Of a stretch of DNA of 64,000 nucleotides, positions 27,582 to 37,761 are shown one piece after another. Numbering within the stretch: position 1 is the stretch's first letter; each line of letters starts with the position of its first letter. The notes under the pieces are model-generated. The model was not told the DNA's origin and ran no database searches. It saw nothing but the letters and a program-made list of their open reading frames with translations. The DNA is taken from the NCBI GenBank assembly GCA_001443395.1, contig LDXK01000001.1, positions 158,313 through 222,312 on the forward strand, read 5' to 3'. This DNA comes from a candidate division WWE3 bacterium CSP1-7 (lineage in GTDB: Bacteria > Patescibacteriota > WWE3 > 9FT-COMBO-53-11). The position numbers and the translations under genes were made by a program.

Positions 27582-27842
27582 AAAGCCTCCAAAGAAAGCG
27601 TTAAGCGCCGGCTCCAAATCCTCAAGGGACAGCTTGGGGGATTGGAAAAGATGGTCGATGAGGACCGGTATTGCATGGATGTTCTTACCCTATCTCTGGC
27701 AATCCAGCGGGCGATGAAAGAGATGGACCACTTGATCATGGAAGAGCACATGAACAGCTGTGTCCAGGAGGGGGTTCGATCCGGCAAATCTAAGGAAGTT
27801 ACCAAGGAGTTGATGGATCTCTTTGAGGTAATCCGCAAATGA
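27579..27842 (+). CDS. csoR: CsoR copper-sensing repressor
   Basis: RL..LKGQL.GL..M, YCMDV, HMNSC (Cys-His-Cys ligands). Confidence 0.9.
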   Translation: MKASKESVKRRLQILKGQLGGLEKMVDEDRYCMDVLTLSLAIQRAMKEMDHLIMEEHMNSCVQEGVRSGKSKEVTKELMDLFEVIRK

Positions 27843-28378
27843 AAAAAGACTGCTGCGAGGAACCAACAAAAGAAAAATCCCGCACCTTTAGGATCCCCCT
27901 CGCCGGATTGCTCATCGGCGCCTTTACCATTCTCACCCTGATAGGTGGATTCCTCCTGGCCACCGGTTCCGGACCGGCAAAGCTGGGAGGAGGAGACGGC
28001 CAGGTCTACACCGACCACACTTCTTTCGAGTGGGGCGAGATCAACATCAACGGCGGCAACGCCACTCACGAATTTGCGATTGAGAACCGCGGCACCGGCG
28101 AGCTGGAGTTGGCCAACATCCTCACCTCCTGCGCCTGCACCAGCGCTCAAATTACGATTGAGGGGGTCGTTAGTCCTTACTTCGGAATGCATTCCACTTC
28201 TTCTTGGGTTGGAAAAGTGGCACCCGGAAAAACGGCGACCGTGTCGGTCATCTTTGACCCGCTCTTTCACGGGCCGACTGCCACCGGACCGATCGAGAGG
28301 TTGATCTCGGTTAAAACCAACGATCCGAAAAATGAGAACATGGAGTTTAATCTCACCGGAAATGTCATTAAGAAATAG
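27839..28378 (+). CDS. DUF1573-like Ig-fold protein
   Basis: F.IEN.G...L......TSCACT; N-terminal DCC and TM. Confidence 0.75.
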   Translation: MKKDCCEEPTKEKSRTFRIPLAGLLIGAFTILTLIGGFLLATGSGPAKLGGGDGQVYTDHTSFEWGEININGGNATHEFAIENRGTGELELANILTSCACTSAQITIEGVVSPYFGMHSTSSWVGKVAPGKTATVSVIFDPLFHGPTATGPIERLISVKTNDPKNENMEFNLTGNVIKK

Positions 28379-28406
28379 GCTTGGAAAAAAGCGCAAAATC
28401 CTCGCG

Positions 28407-29306
28407 GTGACACTCAAAAAATTCCTCCGCACCCCCTTACCGCTCTACCTGGCGCTCCTGCTGGCGATTAACGTGGGAATCCTTACTGCCGCCGGCGGTT
28501 ATCTCCTCTTAACCCGCGGTTCTTCAACTCAAGATCCGGAAAATCTGGTTAAGGATCTCAAGGCGGAGGTCCTGCCGGCGGCAGGCTACATCACTTCAAT
28601 CACCTGGGGAGACACCGGTAAAAAACTAATTGAGGTTGGCGCCATCGACGAGAAACAATACCAACAGCTCTTCAACTCCCCCACCAACGGCATGGATGAG
28701 TTAGACATTCTTAAGGGCGGGTCAACCAAACCGATCGGGATCAATGAAAATAATTCCCAATTCGTGGTTGATACCCTCTGGGCTTTCGGATTGACCCAAA
28801 AGAGCAAAGTGCTGGATGAGGGCCCGATGAAAAACAGCGGTACCGATCTGGGAAACTTCGCTTCCACCGGCGGGTGGACCTTGGGAAAAGAATCCGCCAC
28901 CAAACTCTATAGCAGCCAAGAGCTGGTCCAGCTGAACGATTTCCAACAGGACCTGGTGAAGAAAATCGCCGAAAGCATCTACCGCCCTTGCTGCGACAAC
29001 CCCACCTCTTTTCCCGACTGCAATCACGGAATGGCGGCGCTTGGTTTAATCGAATTGGAAGTCGCCGCGGGACTTTCGGAGGAACAGATCTATCGCGACG
29101 TCCTGGCTTTTAACTCTTTCTGGTTCCCTCAAACCTACTTGGAGATTGCGGTCTACTTTAGCCAACAGGGCAAGGGATGGGGCGAGCTTGACCCCAAAAC
29201 GATTCTCGGCTCCGAATACTCCTCTGCTTCCGGTTCGGCGGTGATCAGCAGCCAAGTTAAGGACGTCCCTGGCCTGGACTCCGGCGGTGGCAGCTGCGGC
29301 GTATGA
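28407..29306 (+). CDS. Membrane-anchored Cys/His-motif protein
   Basis: RPCCDNPTSFPDCNHG, C-terminal GGGSCGV. Confidence 0.7.
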   Translation: MTLKKFLRTPLPLYLALLLAINVGILTAAGGYLLLTRGSSTQDPENLVKDLKAEVLPAAGYITSITWGDTGKKLIEVGAIDEKQYQQLFNSPTNGMDELDILKGGSTKPIGINENNSQFVVDTLWAFGLTQKSKVLDEGPMKNSGTDLGNFASTGGWTLGKESATKLYSSQELVQLNDFQQDLVKKIAESIYRPCCDNPTSFPDCNHGMAALGLIELEVAAGLSEEQIYRDVLAFNSFWFPQTYLEIAVYFSQQGKGWGELDPKTILGSEYSSASGSAVISSQVKDVPGLDSGGGSCGV

Positions 29307-30151
29307 ACGAAACCATCATCTACGCCTCGCTCATCAGCGCTTTTATCGCTGGGATGATCGCACTCTTTGCCCCCTGCTGTGTGACTTATCTTTTACCGGC
29401 CTATCTGGGAAACATCTTCCGCGAACGAAAGAAGGTGCTCCTGATGACTTTTGTTTTTTCGCTCGGGATTTTCGTGGTGCTTCTCCCCGCAGTCTTGGGG
29501 GTTCAGGCGCTCTCCGTCTTTGTTTTTCGCTATCACGACCAGATCTATCTGACTGGGGGGTTGCTGATGATCCTATTCGGGGTGTTGGCGTTCCTAGGGA
29601 TCAAGCTACCGATGCCGCGCTTGAGCCAACCCAACATTGAACAGCCGGATTTCGCTTCCATCTTCACTCTGGGAGTTGTCTCCGGAATTACGAGCGCCTG
29701 CTGCGCCCCGGTTCTCGCCGGGGTTCTCACTCTCAGTTTCCTCGCTCCTTCATTCTGGTTGGCAATCTTAATCGGGGCTTTCTATGTCCTGGGGATGGTC
29801 TTCCCGCTCTATGTGATGTCCTATTTCATTGATAGCAAGAGGGTGCTCAACGGGAACTGGCTCAAGAAACCAATTATGCAGTTGGAACTCGGCGGGAAAA
29901 ATTTCCCGATCCTGCGAAGCAACTTGATCTCTTCATTAATTTTCCTGGTAATGGGTACTCTCGTCATTTACCTGACGCTCGCCACCGATTTCTCAATGGC
30001 GGAGAGCGCTCAAAAGCTCACCGCGCTTGTCTCCCAGCTCCAGCAGACCATGGGACAAATTCCTTACATCAATGTGCTGTTCGGAGCCGCGGTGCTTGCC
30101 ATTTTTGGGTTTCTCTGGTACCAAACCTTCCGCGGCAAGAACGATCGATAG
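29303..30151 (+). CDS. CcdA/DsbD-like transmembrane redox protein
   Basis: FAPCC..LLPAY, SACCAPVL. Confidence 0.8.
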   Translation: MNETIIYASLISAFIAGMIALFAPCCVTYLLPAYLGNIFRERKKVLLMTFVFSLGIFVVLLPAVLGVQALSVFVFRYHDQIYLTGGLLMILFGVLAFLGIKLPMPRLSQPNIEQPDFASIFTLGVVSGITSACCAPVLAGVLTLSFLAPSFWLAILIGAFYVLGMVFPLYVMSYFIDSKRVLNGNWLKKPIMQLELGGKNFPILRSNLISSLIFLVMGTLVIYLTLATDFSMAESAQKLTALVSQLQQTMGQIPYINVLFGAAVLAIFGFLWYQTFRGKNDR

Positions 30152-30194
30152 AGTTCTTGCTCCAAAGAACCCGATTGTGCTAGCCTGACCTCTA

Positions 30195-30953
30195 ATGAAA
30201 AGATTGATCGGCGTCTCTGCCATCCTCACCGTCCTCCTGTTCTGGGGATCGGTGGTTCTCGCCCAGCCCGGAAAGGATTTCAGGCTCCCCTCTTCGGCCG
30301 TTAAAATCTCCGATGGCCTTTACTATCTCGGCCGCAGTGTTAGCGGCGCCCAGGGGTATGCGATTCTTCGCTACGCTACCGGATTTGCCAAGCCTGGAGG
30401 AAGCGGAGCCGCCCGCGCCCCCAAGTGCTACGGCTTCCTTTCCAAGGGGGCCCGCTGGAAAAACACCGAGCACTACGTCACCGACATCAACGATCCAGCC
30501 ACGGAGAATTCGCTGGAAACCTGGGATTCTCGAGTCTCTTTTGACGTCTTTGGTTCACGGGATCCTTCCGGGTTAGTGGACGGGACCGACACCGCCGCCC
30601 CCGACGACAAAAACGAGCTCTACTTCGGCCAGATTGAAGAATCGGGGGTTATCGGCGTCACCACCGTCTGGGGATACTTCTACGGTCCCACCTTCGCCCG
30701 CGAGTTGATCGAATGGGACATGGTCCTGGACAACACGGATTTCGACTGGAGCTTTACCGCAACACCCGACCCCACCAAGATGGACTACCAGAACATCCTC
30801 ACCCACGAGCTGGGGCACGCCGCCGGGTTGAACGACCAATACGACACGACCTGTTCCGAAGCAACCATGTACGGTTATGGAACCGAGGGTGAAACCAAGA
30901 AGCGCGACCTCGCCGCCCCCGATATCACCGGCATCCAAGAACTTTACCGGTAG
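30195..30953 (+). CDS. Secreted matrixin-like (metzincin) metalloprotease
   Basis: HELGHAAGLND, ATMY Met-turn, signal peptide. Confidence 0.85.
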   Translation: MKRLIGVSAILTVLLFWGSVVLAQPGKDFRLPSSAVKISDGLYYLGRSVSGAQGYAILRYATGFAKPGGSGAARAPKCYGFLSKGARWKNTEHYVTDINDPATENSLETWDSRVSFDVFGSRDPSGLVDGTDTAAPDDKNELYFGQIEESGVIGVTTVWGYFYGPTFARELIEWDMVLDNTDFDWSFTATPDPTKMDYQNILTHELGHAAGLNDQYDTTCSEATMYGYGTEGETKKRDLAAPDITGIQELYR

Positions 30954-33796
30954 CGGTCCGCTTCCGAAAACTCGCAGATCTGGTTAAAAGGGCACCAGAC
31001 GCATTGGGGCCCGGGAGTTGCTTCGAAATCACCGCGAGAGATCTTCCGGATCCGTTCCTCAATCTCGGCCGTTCTTTTCTCAATCTCCTTCTCGCTAAAA
31101 TTGGCTTCTATCAATTTTCCACCGTCCAAATAAAACAGCGCCACCGACTTGGGAGTAATTCCGAGCGCCTCTTTCGCCGCCAGGGTGTAGAGGAAAAGCT
31201 GGTCATCCTTCTGCGCCTTTTTGAGAAGGTCCCCTTCTTCCTTCTGGGAGGTTTCTCCGCCCTTAAAGTCGATCAGTTCGAACTCGCCCTTGGCATTTTT
31301 GCCAATTCGGTCGATCCGCCCCGCCAGCGTTTTTCCTCCCAGCTTGATCTCAAATCCCTTCTCCACCATAAAGGGCGGAAACAGCTTTTGTTGATGTTTC
31401 TGGTAGAAATCAGTTAGTAGCTTCTGGCCTCGCTGGAAGTAAGCTTCTTTTTCCTTCCGTTCGCGGTAGCCTCCGCTGAGAAAATGCTCCCGGTACATTT
31501 TCAAGAATTGGCCCAAGGAAACTGCTTCTCCATTGATCCGCCGCATCTCGAACTCCCGCAGAGTCTCATGTAGGGAAATACCGAAACTCGTGGGAGGGGT
31601 GGGCGGAGCCGGCAGCCGCAACACGTATTTGTAGCGATATCGCCACGGACAGGTCTCGTAGTCGCTGAGTTGGGAGTAAGAAAGCTTTTCGGGAATCAGG
31701 AGCTTGAGATCCGGCTCCCTCTTGGCGGATTCCCTGACCGCGGGGATCTCTGCCTGAATTCCGGCCACCCGTTCGATTCCACTCAGGGCGGGGACTTCCA
31801 CTCCCAATTCCAGGATAAAGGGTGAGGGCCGCTTCTCTTGGACGCCGCCGTAGCTCTTGGCGTAGGAAAGAAAAAGCCGCTCCGAAGCCCGGGTGGCACC
31901 CACGTAAAAGAGGCGCCGCTCCTCCTGCTGATGCCCCGCCTTCGCCAGGGCTTCGACGGGCAAGTCCTTTCGGCTCCGACTGAGATATCTAAACTCTTTG
32001 ACGAAGTGTTCGGGAAGTTCCAGGGCGACAGAGCGTTGGCGAGTCGGGAAACGGTCGGCCGTGAGCGAAACCATAAAAACCACCGAAAACTCCAAACCCT
32101 TAGCGGCGTGGGTCGTCATCAAATTGATCGTGTCCACATCCTCGATCACCGCCTGTGCCGGCGATTCCCCCGCTTCGATCAAAAGATCCAGATAGTCCAC
32201 CAGCTCAGGGACATTGGGCTCCTTAACCTCCGTCTCAAACTGCTGAATTTTTTGGAAGAATAGGGCAATGTTTTCAATCTTGAGCTGGTTTTCGAGGGTG
32301 GGCGGTTCTTCCAGGTTCTTGATGTAGCCGCTCTTTCGCACGAAATCAAAAAGGAGGTGCGAGGGGGAAACTTTAAACGCATCCTTCGCCAAATCGCGAA
32401 TTACGTCCAGGGCTTTGATTTTCTCGCGCGTTAAGATCTCAACAAACGGGGTACTTTCTTTTTGAGAGGTTGCCAAAAGTTGGAGGGTTCGTTCGGGCGA
32501 GATTTTGAAGGCCGGAATGTTTAAAACCTTGTACCACGAGATGTTGTCGGCGGGATCTTTGATCACGCGCAGGACCGCCAAAAGAGCGGCCACCTCCTCT
32601 TGCTCAAAGAGCCCGCGATTACCGACGATTTGGAAAGGAAGTTCGTGCCTCTTGAGCGCCGCCACAAACGGGTCGAGATGGGCGTTGGCGCGCGCTAAAA
32701 TCGCAAAATCGGAGAAGTTTTTTCCCTCGGTGTTCACCAACTCCACAATTTTTCTCAAAACTAACTCGGTTTCCTCTTCCGCCGATCTCGCGTATAGTAA
32801 AACGGGGTCGGGTCCGGTCTTGAGAGTTTTGAGATTTTTTGAGATATTTTTGAGACTTACTTCCAGACGATCGGGGTTGTTGTTCTTTATCATCTGGTGC
32901 GATTTTTGCGCCAGTGTATCGGTAAGACGATAGGATGTGTTGAGAACCGATGTTCGGCAATCGGGGTAGGCTTTCTTGAACTCCAGGATGTTGGAAACGC
33001 TCGCTCCGCGCCACTTGTAGATCGCCTGGTCATCGTCGCCCACGACGGTCAAGTTACTTAGGTTACTTGAGTTACTTTTGTTACGAGATGGGACAAGAAG
33101 TTTGATGAGGGAGAACTGGGCGGAGTTGGTGTCTTGGAACTCATCCACGAAAATGTGAGTGAACTGATCTCGGTAGCGCTTGAGGATGCTCGGCCTATCA
33201 TTGAATAATTTTATTGTCCATATAATGAGGTCGCCAAAATCCAAGTAAGAGTTCTTTAAAAGCAGTCTCTGGAACGCTTCATAGACTCGAGCAAGCTCAA
33301 CCTGCTTTCGCATTTCTTCTTTTTCCTCTTTACTGCTCGCTGTGTGCCTTAAGCCGTTCACCCACTGCAAATAATTTTGCGGTGTCACCTCTTCATCCTT
33401 GGCACGGGAGAAAAGATTGAGCAGAGCGCTCAAGAATTTGGTCGGATTTCCCAGCGGGCGGTAGTAATCAAGGGGAAGATCGTAGAGGTGTCGCCGCAGG
33501 AGCAACCAGGCTTCCGGTTCGGAAAGGATTTTGTAAGCCGGGTCCATTCCAATCTCCAAACCTTCCTGGCGGAGAACCCGATCGCAGAAAGAGTGGAAGG
33601 TGGAAACCCATGGCGGTTCATAACCAAGCGGCATCGCCTCATCCAATCGTCCCAGCATCTCTTGGGACGCTTTATCGGTAAAAGTTAAAGCCAGAATACG
33701 AGAGGGATCGATCCCCTTCTCCAAGAGCCGGCGGATCTCGCTGGTGATGAAGGTAGTTTTTCCTGTCCCCGGTCCGGCAACGACAAGTCTAATCAT
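30944..33796 (-). CDS. UvrD-like helicase fused to PD-(D/E)xK nuclease with probable Fe-S cluster (AdnAB/AddAB-like)
   Basis: AGPGTGKT, DEFQD; SYSQL..Y..CP, GRIDRI, IDFK, CVWCPFNQIC. Confidence 0.9.
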   Translation of the reverse strand: MIRLVVAGPGTGKTTFITSEIRRLLEKGIDPSRILALTFTDKASQEMLGRLDEAMPLGYEPPWVSTFHSFCDRVLRQEGLEIGMDPAYKILSEPEAWLLLRRHLYDLPLDYYRPLGNPTKFLSALLNLFSRAKDEEVTPQNYLQWVNGLRHTASSKEEKEEMRKQVELARVYEAFQRLLLKNSYLDFGDLIIWTIKLFNDRPSILKRYRDQFTHIFVDEFQDTNSAQFSLIKLLVPSRNKSNSSNLSNLTVVGDDDQAIYKWRGASVSNILEFKKAYPDCRTSVLNTSYRLTDTLAQKSHQMIKNNNPDRLEVSLKNISKNLKTLKTGPDPVLLYARSAEEETELVLRKIVELVNTEGKNFSDFAILARANAHLDPFVAALKRHELPFQIVGNRGLFEQEEVAALLAVLRVIKDPADNISWYKVLNIPAFKISPERTLQLLATSQKESTPFVEILTREKIKALDVIRDLAKDAFKVSPSHLLFDFVRKSGYIKNLEEPPTLENQLKIENIALFFQKIQQFETEVKEPNVPELVDYLDLLIEAGESPAQAVIEDVDTINLMTTHAAKGLEFSVVFMVSLTADRFPTRQRSVALELPEHFVKEFRYLSRSRKDLPVEALAKAGHQQEERRLFYVGATRASERLFLSYAKSYGGVQEKRPSPFILELGVEVPALSGIERVAGIQAEIPAVRESAKREPDLKLLIPEKLSYSQLSDYETCPWRYRYKYVLRLPAPPTPPTSFGISLHETLREFEMRRINGEAVSLGQFLKMYREHFLSGGYRERKEKEAYFQRGQKLLTDFYQKHQQKLFPPFMVEKGFEIKLGGKTLAGRIDRIGKNAKGEFELIDFKGGETSQKEEGDLLKKAQKDDQLFLYTLAAKEALGITPKSVALFYLDGGKLIEANFSEKEIEKRTAEIEERIRKISRGDFEATPGPQCVWCPFNQICEFSEADRYR

Positions 33797-34740
33797 TCAA
33801 TCTTCAAAACCGATACTTCCCGCGGTTCTTGCTCGAAAGAGGCGAACTTCAGGGCCACTATGATCCGATAGACCAGGGCAAAAAAGCCGACGGAGGTCCA
33901 AGAAAAGACCGGGGTCAAGAAGAGAAGCGAGAGCGCCACTCCAACCGTGGTTGCGAGGGGAAGGAAAGGAATGTAGGGCTCAAGCATGTCTTCCAGATCA
34001 CTGGTGAGTTGGGCAGTGAGGGGCTGGCGCAAACTCTCGGCGAGCTTCTTGGGCGTGGAGATATCCTGCGGATTTAGCAAAATCCCATACTGCCGCTCCA
34101 GAATTTCGAGCACGCCGCTCTTCTCCAGCTCGGTGAGAAACTGCTGTTCGGTGAATTGTTCGTTCCCCAGCTGACTTTGAACTTGATTGATCACCTGATT
34201 GACCACCAGATTCAAGGCCGGTGCCAGAACTCCCTCCGGAATATTGAAGCGCGTTGGGAGTGGAAGCTGGGAAGAAAAATAGACCAGAATCCCAACGGAG
34301 AAAACAAAAATCTGGAAAAAACGACCAAAGGAGTTAGGAAACATCCGCGCCAGGAAAATCGAATGAGTTGCCACGGTTCTCTTCGCCGTATAGTCCAAGA
34401 TCAGTAAAGCCGCCGCATAGACCAGCGACACCAGGAAAACAAACTCGAGAGGAATATCTACCGGGATGGGAGGGAGGAGAAACGGGATGCCAAAAGCGAA
34501 CGCGCCGGCCACCACCGCTGCCATCCGGACGGTCGTCTTGGTCGTGAGAGCAAGAACTACAAAGAAAGAGCTGGAGAGGAAGAACGCCAGAAACAACGGC
34601 ACCAAACGCACTCCAAGAGAAGATGCTAACCCCGGACCTCTGGCGAAAATTGCCGCTAAGGAAAATCCCAACCCAAGACTTCCCAAAATCACCAGCAACA
34701 GGAGAAAGGCAATTCTAATGCGGACGGGAATTTTATCCAT
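33793..34740 (-). CDS. Hypothetical polytopic membrane protein
   Basis: Multiple TM segments; translationally coupled to neighbours. Confidence 0.7.
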   Translation of the reverse strand: MDKIPVRIRIAFLLLLVILGSLGLGFSLAAIFARGPGLASSLGVRLVPLFLAFFLSSSFFVVLALTTKTTVRMAAVVAGAFAFGIPFLLPPIPVDIPLEFVFLVSLVYAAALLILDYTAKRTVATHSIFLARMFPNSFGRFFQIFVFSVGILVYFSSQLPLPTRFNIPEGVLAPALNLVVNQVINQVQSQLGNEQFTEQQFLTELEKSGVLEILERQYGILLNPQDISTPKKLAESLRQPLTAQLTSDLEDMLEPYIPFLPLATTVGVALSLLFLTPVFSWTSVGFFALVYRIIVALKFASFEQEPREVSVLKIE

Positions 34741-35663
34741 TACTTCTTCGGCTTCGCCTCCAGATCCTTAAGTTGATTCAGCTTGCCCAGAAGGGTCGAG
34801 AAAGAATTTAGCAAGCGGTCCATATTCGCCTTAGCATCTGAGAGTTGGGAAGAGGCCCGCCGCAGAAGTTCGTCAAAATCAAGGGCGTCTTTGGCGACCG
34901 CGTGCAGCATTTTTAAAATGTCCTCGGCCTGGTCGGCGAAACGTTCTCGTTGCAATCCCAAAAGGATCGATTGAATCGTCACCAAGAAGGTCTGGGGAGA
35001 GGTGAAGAAAACGCGCTTCTCCAGGGTATAGCGCATCAGCTCCCCATCCGAAACAACCTCTTGAAAGATCGGTTCGAAAGGGATGTACATCAGCGCAAAA
35101 GGAACCGTTCCCTCCTGCGGCAGGATGTAGCCGGCGGTTTCGTCCATTTTCTGTTTCACATTTCTAACAAATGTCTTCCAGATACTCGCCCTCGCCGCCT
35201 CATCCTTTTCGGCGGCGAATTTTTGGAAATCTTCGACCGGGAATTTGGAATCGACCGGAATTGAACCCTGGCGGGTTTTGATGAGGGCGTCCACTCGCGC
35301 TCCGGTCTGGAAAGTAAACTGCCGCTCATAGGCCGCCTGCGGCAAGACCTGATGAAGCAGGTCCTCCAACACCATCTCCCCGACGTTGCCCCGCAGCTTT
35401 TGGGAACGGAGAGAAGCCTGAAACTCTTGAAGTTGGTTGGTAACCTCTTTTACGCCGCCAATCTCGGTCGTAACCGAGTGCAGGCGCTCGTCCAGGGAAC
35501 GCAGACTCGCCCCAAGTTCACCCTTGTGCAGCTCCAATCGCTGCAAAATCTCCTCTCCGCGCAGAGAAGATTCCAATTGGCGGAGGTGTTGGAACAGGAA
35601 AATTAGGACTCCCAAAACCGCCAGAACCAGAAAAACAATTAAAACAGTCAGGAAAATCTCCAC
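34740..35663 (-). CDS. rmuC: DNA recombination protein RmuC
   Basis: RGNVGE..L, VDSKFP, FALMYIP.E, SPQT. Confidence 0.9.
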   Translation of the reverse strand: MEIFLTVLIVFLVLAVLGVLIFLFQHLRQLESSLRGEEILQRLELHKGELGASLRSLDERLHSVTTEIGGVKEVTNQLQEFQASLRSQKLRGNVGEMVLEDLLHQVLPQAAYERQFTFQTGARVDALIKTRQGSIPVDSKFPVEDFQKFAAEKDEAARASIWKTFVRNVKQKMDETAGYILPQEGTVPFALMYIPFEPIFQEVVSDGELMRYTLEKRVFFTSPQTFLVTIQSILLGLQRERFADQAEDILKMLHAVAKDALDFDELLRRASSQLSDAKANMDRLLNSFSTLLGKLNQLKDLEAKPKK

Positions 35664-35708
35664 AACCCGAGTTTATCAGAACAGGACGAGATACAGGAAC
35701 GTACTTTC

Positions 35709-35870
35709 TCAAAAAATCAAAAAGTAGGCGGAAACGAGGATTCCACCCAATATTGAGCCAACAATAATCGCGAAGGTGAGCTGGACCCAACTGGAGTGGG
35801 GATGGTAAGAAAAGCGCGGAACTAACATATCAACGTAGAAGGGCAACTTGTGATCGAAGCGGTCTTCCAT
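35709..35870 (-). CDS. Small membrane protein (53 aa)
   Basis: MEDRFDHKLP... with C-terminal TM. Confidence 0.5.
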   Translation of the reverse strand: MEDRFDHKLPFYVDMLVPRFSYHPHSSWVQLTFAIIVGSILGGILVSAYFLIF

Positions 35871-35901
35871 CCTAGAAACAGGGTAACATAAAGGAAGGAA
35901 A

Positions 35902-36297
35902 ATGCGCAAAACATTATCCAGAAGGAAAATAAATCGCGACACGTCCCCTAAGATAATCTATCTGATCGGATTTTTGGCCTACGCGGCCTGGGGCGCTTGG
36001 GCCTATCTTCTCTTCAATCGAGATCCGAACGAACTCGCCAATCGAATCTTTTTTGTCCTAGCCATCGCGGCGGCGTTCTTCTTCACGGCGCTGTTCCTCT
36101 TCTATCAGATGGGAAAAATCACGACCGGAAAGGCAGCGGAGGTAGTTTTTTACCCGGCCGCTCGGCGGGCTCTCTTCATCAGCCTTTTCTTTCTTGCAAC
36201 CGCTTTAATGCGGCTGATCGGGATCTTCAGTTGGATGAATGCCGGGCTCCTGGCACTGATCCTGATTCTGACGGAAATCTGGAAATCGACCCGGTAG
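35902..36297 (+). CDS. Hypothetical 4-TM protein
   Basis: Hydrophobic ORF. Confidence 0.7.
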   Translation: MRKTLSRRKINRDTSPKIIYLIGFLAYAAWGAWAYLLFNRDPNELANRIFFVLAIAAAFFFTALFLFYQMGKITTGKAAEVVFYPAARRALFISLFFLATALMRLIGIFSWMNAGLLALILILTEIWKSTR

Positions 36298-36325
36298 ATT
36301 TGGAGAGAAAGGATATCATTAGTTT

Positions 36326-37741
36326 ATGCCGAAAAATCGTTTTTACGTGACAACCGCTATACCGTACGTCAACGCCGCTCCTCACATCGGTTTTGCCCTC
36401 GAAATCGTCCAGGCGGATGTTCTCGCCCGCTATCATCGGTTGATCGGTGACGACACCTTTTTCCTAACCGGAACCGACGAGAACGCTCTTAAAAACGTCC
36501 AGTCGGCTGAAAAAGCCGGCGTGCCGGTTAAGGAGTTTGTAGATGATAATTCCCAAAGGTTCGAAGACCTCAAGGGGGCGCTTAATATCTCTTTCGACGA
36601 CTTTATTCGCACGACCGAGGAACGGCACGTTAAAGGTGCGCAGAAACTCTGGCAGGCTTGCGACCCGGACGACATCTATCAGAAAAAGTATCGGGGTCTG
36701 TACTGCGTGGGATGTGAACAGTTCTATACCGAAAAAGAGCTAGTTGACGGCAAATGCCCGGAGCACGGTACCGTTCCGGAAACCGTTGAAGAAGAGAATT
36801 ATTTCTTTAAACTTTCCAAATACCAAAAACAGTTGGAGAAACTGATCGAATCAGATGAACTCAAGATTGTCCCCGAATCGCGCAAGAACGAAGTCCTTTC
36901 CTTCATTAAGAGTGGTCTTGAGGACTTTTCGATCTCTCGTTTCAAGGCCCGGGCGAAAGGTTGGGGCATTCCCGTTCCCGGCGATGAGAACCAAGTAATT
37001 TACGTTTGGTTCGACGCCCTTTCCAATTACATTAACGCTCTAGATTACGCCGATGACGGCGAAAAATTTAAGAAGTACTGGCTAGAAAATCCCAACCGCA
37101 CCCATGTGATCGGAAAGGGAATCCTGCGATTCCACGCCGTTTACTGGCCGGCGATGCTCCTCTCCGCCGGTCTTCCCCTTCCAACCGAAATCTTCGTCCA
37201 CGGCTATCTCACTGTCGAAGGCCAAAAAATTAGCAAATCGCTGGGGAACGTAATCGATCCATTCGAGCTCGTCGAGAAATACGGCGCCGATCCCTTGCGC
37301 TACTATCTTTTGGCAAAATTTTCGCCATTCGAGGACGGCGATTTTTCGGAAGCGAAGCTTAGAGAAACGTATAACTCCGATCTTGCAAACGGGCTGGGAA
37401 ACCTCGTCTCCAGAATCGCCAAACTCGCGGAAGGGAAGGAAGTGTTTGGCCACTCGGTACTGGTAACTAAGGCTGGGGAATTTAAAGAGAACCACCGTTT
37501 CGACCAAGCGCTAGATATTTTGCGGTCAAAGATTTCGGAATTAGATAAGTATGTCAACGACCAAAGACCTTGGGAGAAGTCTGGAGACGCGTTGGAAAAA
37601 AATCTCGACCACTTGGTCTCCAGTCTCTTGAATCTAACCTTTGCCTTAGAGCCCTTCCTCCCCGAGACCGCGGAGAAGATTAGGAAGCAATTTTCCGGAA
37701 AAATTAAACCCGCCAGTCCCCTGTTTCCCCGCCTAAGGTAG
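36326..37741 (+). CDS. metG: Methionine--tRNA ligase
   Basis: TTAIPYVN..PHIG, YVWFDAL, KISKS. Confidence 0.96.
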   Translation: MPKNRFYVTTAIPYVNAAPHIGFALEIVQADVLARYHRLIGDDTFFLTGTDENALKNVQSAEKAGVPVKEFVDDNSQRFEDLKGALNISFDDFIRTTEERHVKGAQKLWQACDPDDIYQKKYRGLYCVGCEQFYTEKELVDGKCPEHGTVPETVEEENYFFKLSKYQKQLEKLIESDELKIVPESRKNEVLSFIKSGLEDFSISRFKARAKGWGIPVPGDENQVIYVWFDALSNYINALDYADDGEKFKKYWLENPNRTHVIGKGILRFHAVYWPAMLLSAGLPLPTEIFVHGYLTVEGQKISKSLGNVIDPFELVEKYGADPLRYYLLAKFSPFEDGDFSEAKLRETYNSDLANGLGNLVSRIAKLAEGKEVFGHSVLVTKAGEFKENHRFDQALDILRSKISELDKYVNDQRPWEKSGDALEKNLDHLVSSLLNLTFALEPFLPETAEKIRKQFSGKIKPASPLFPRLR

Positions 37742-37761
37742 AATAGGTAGCGAAAACCAAA

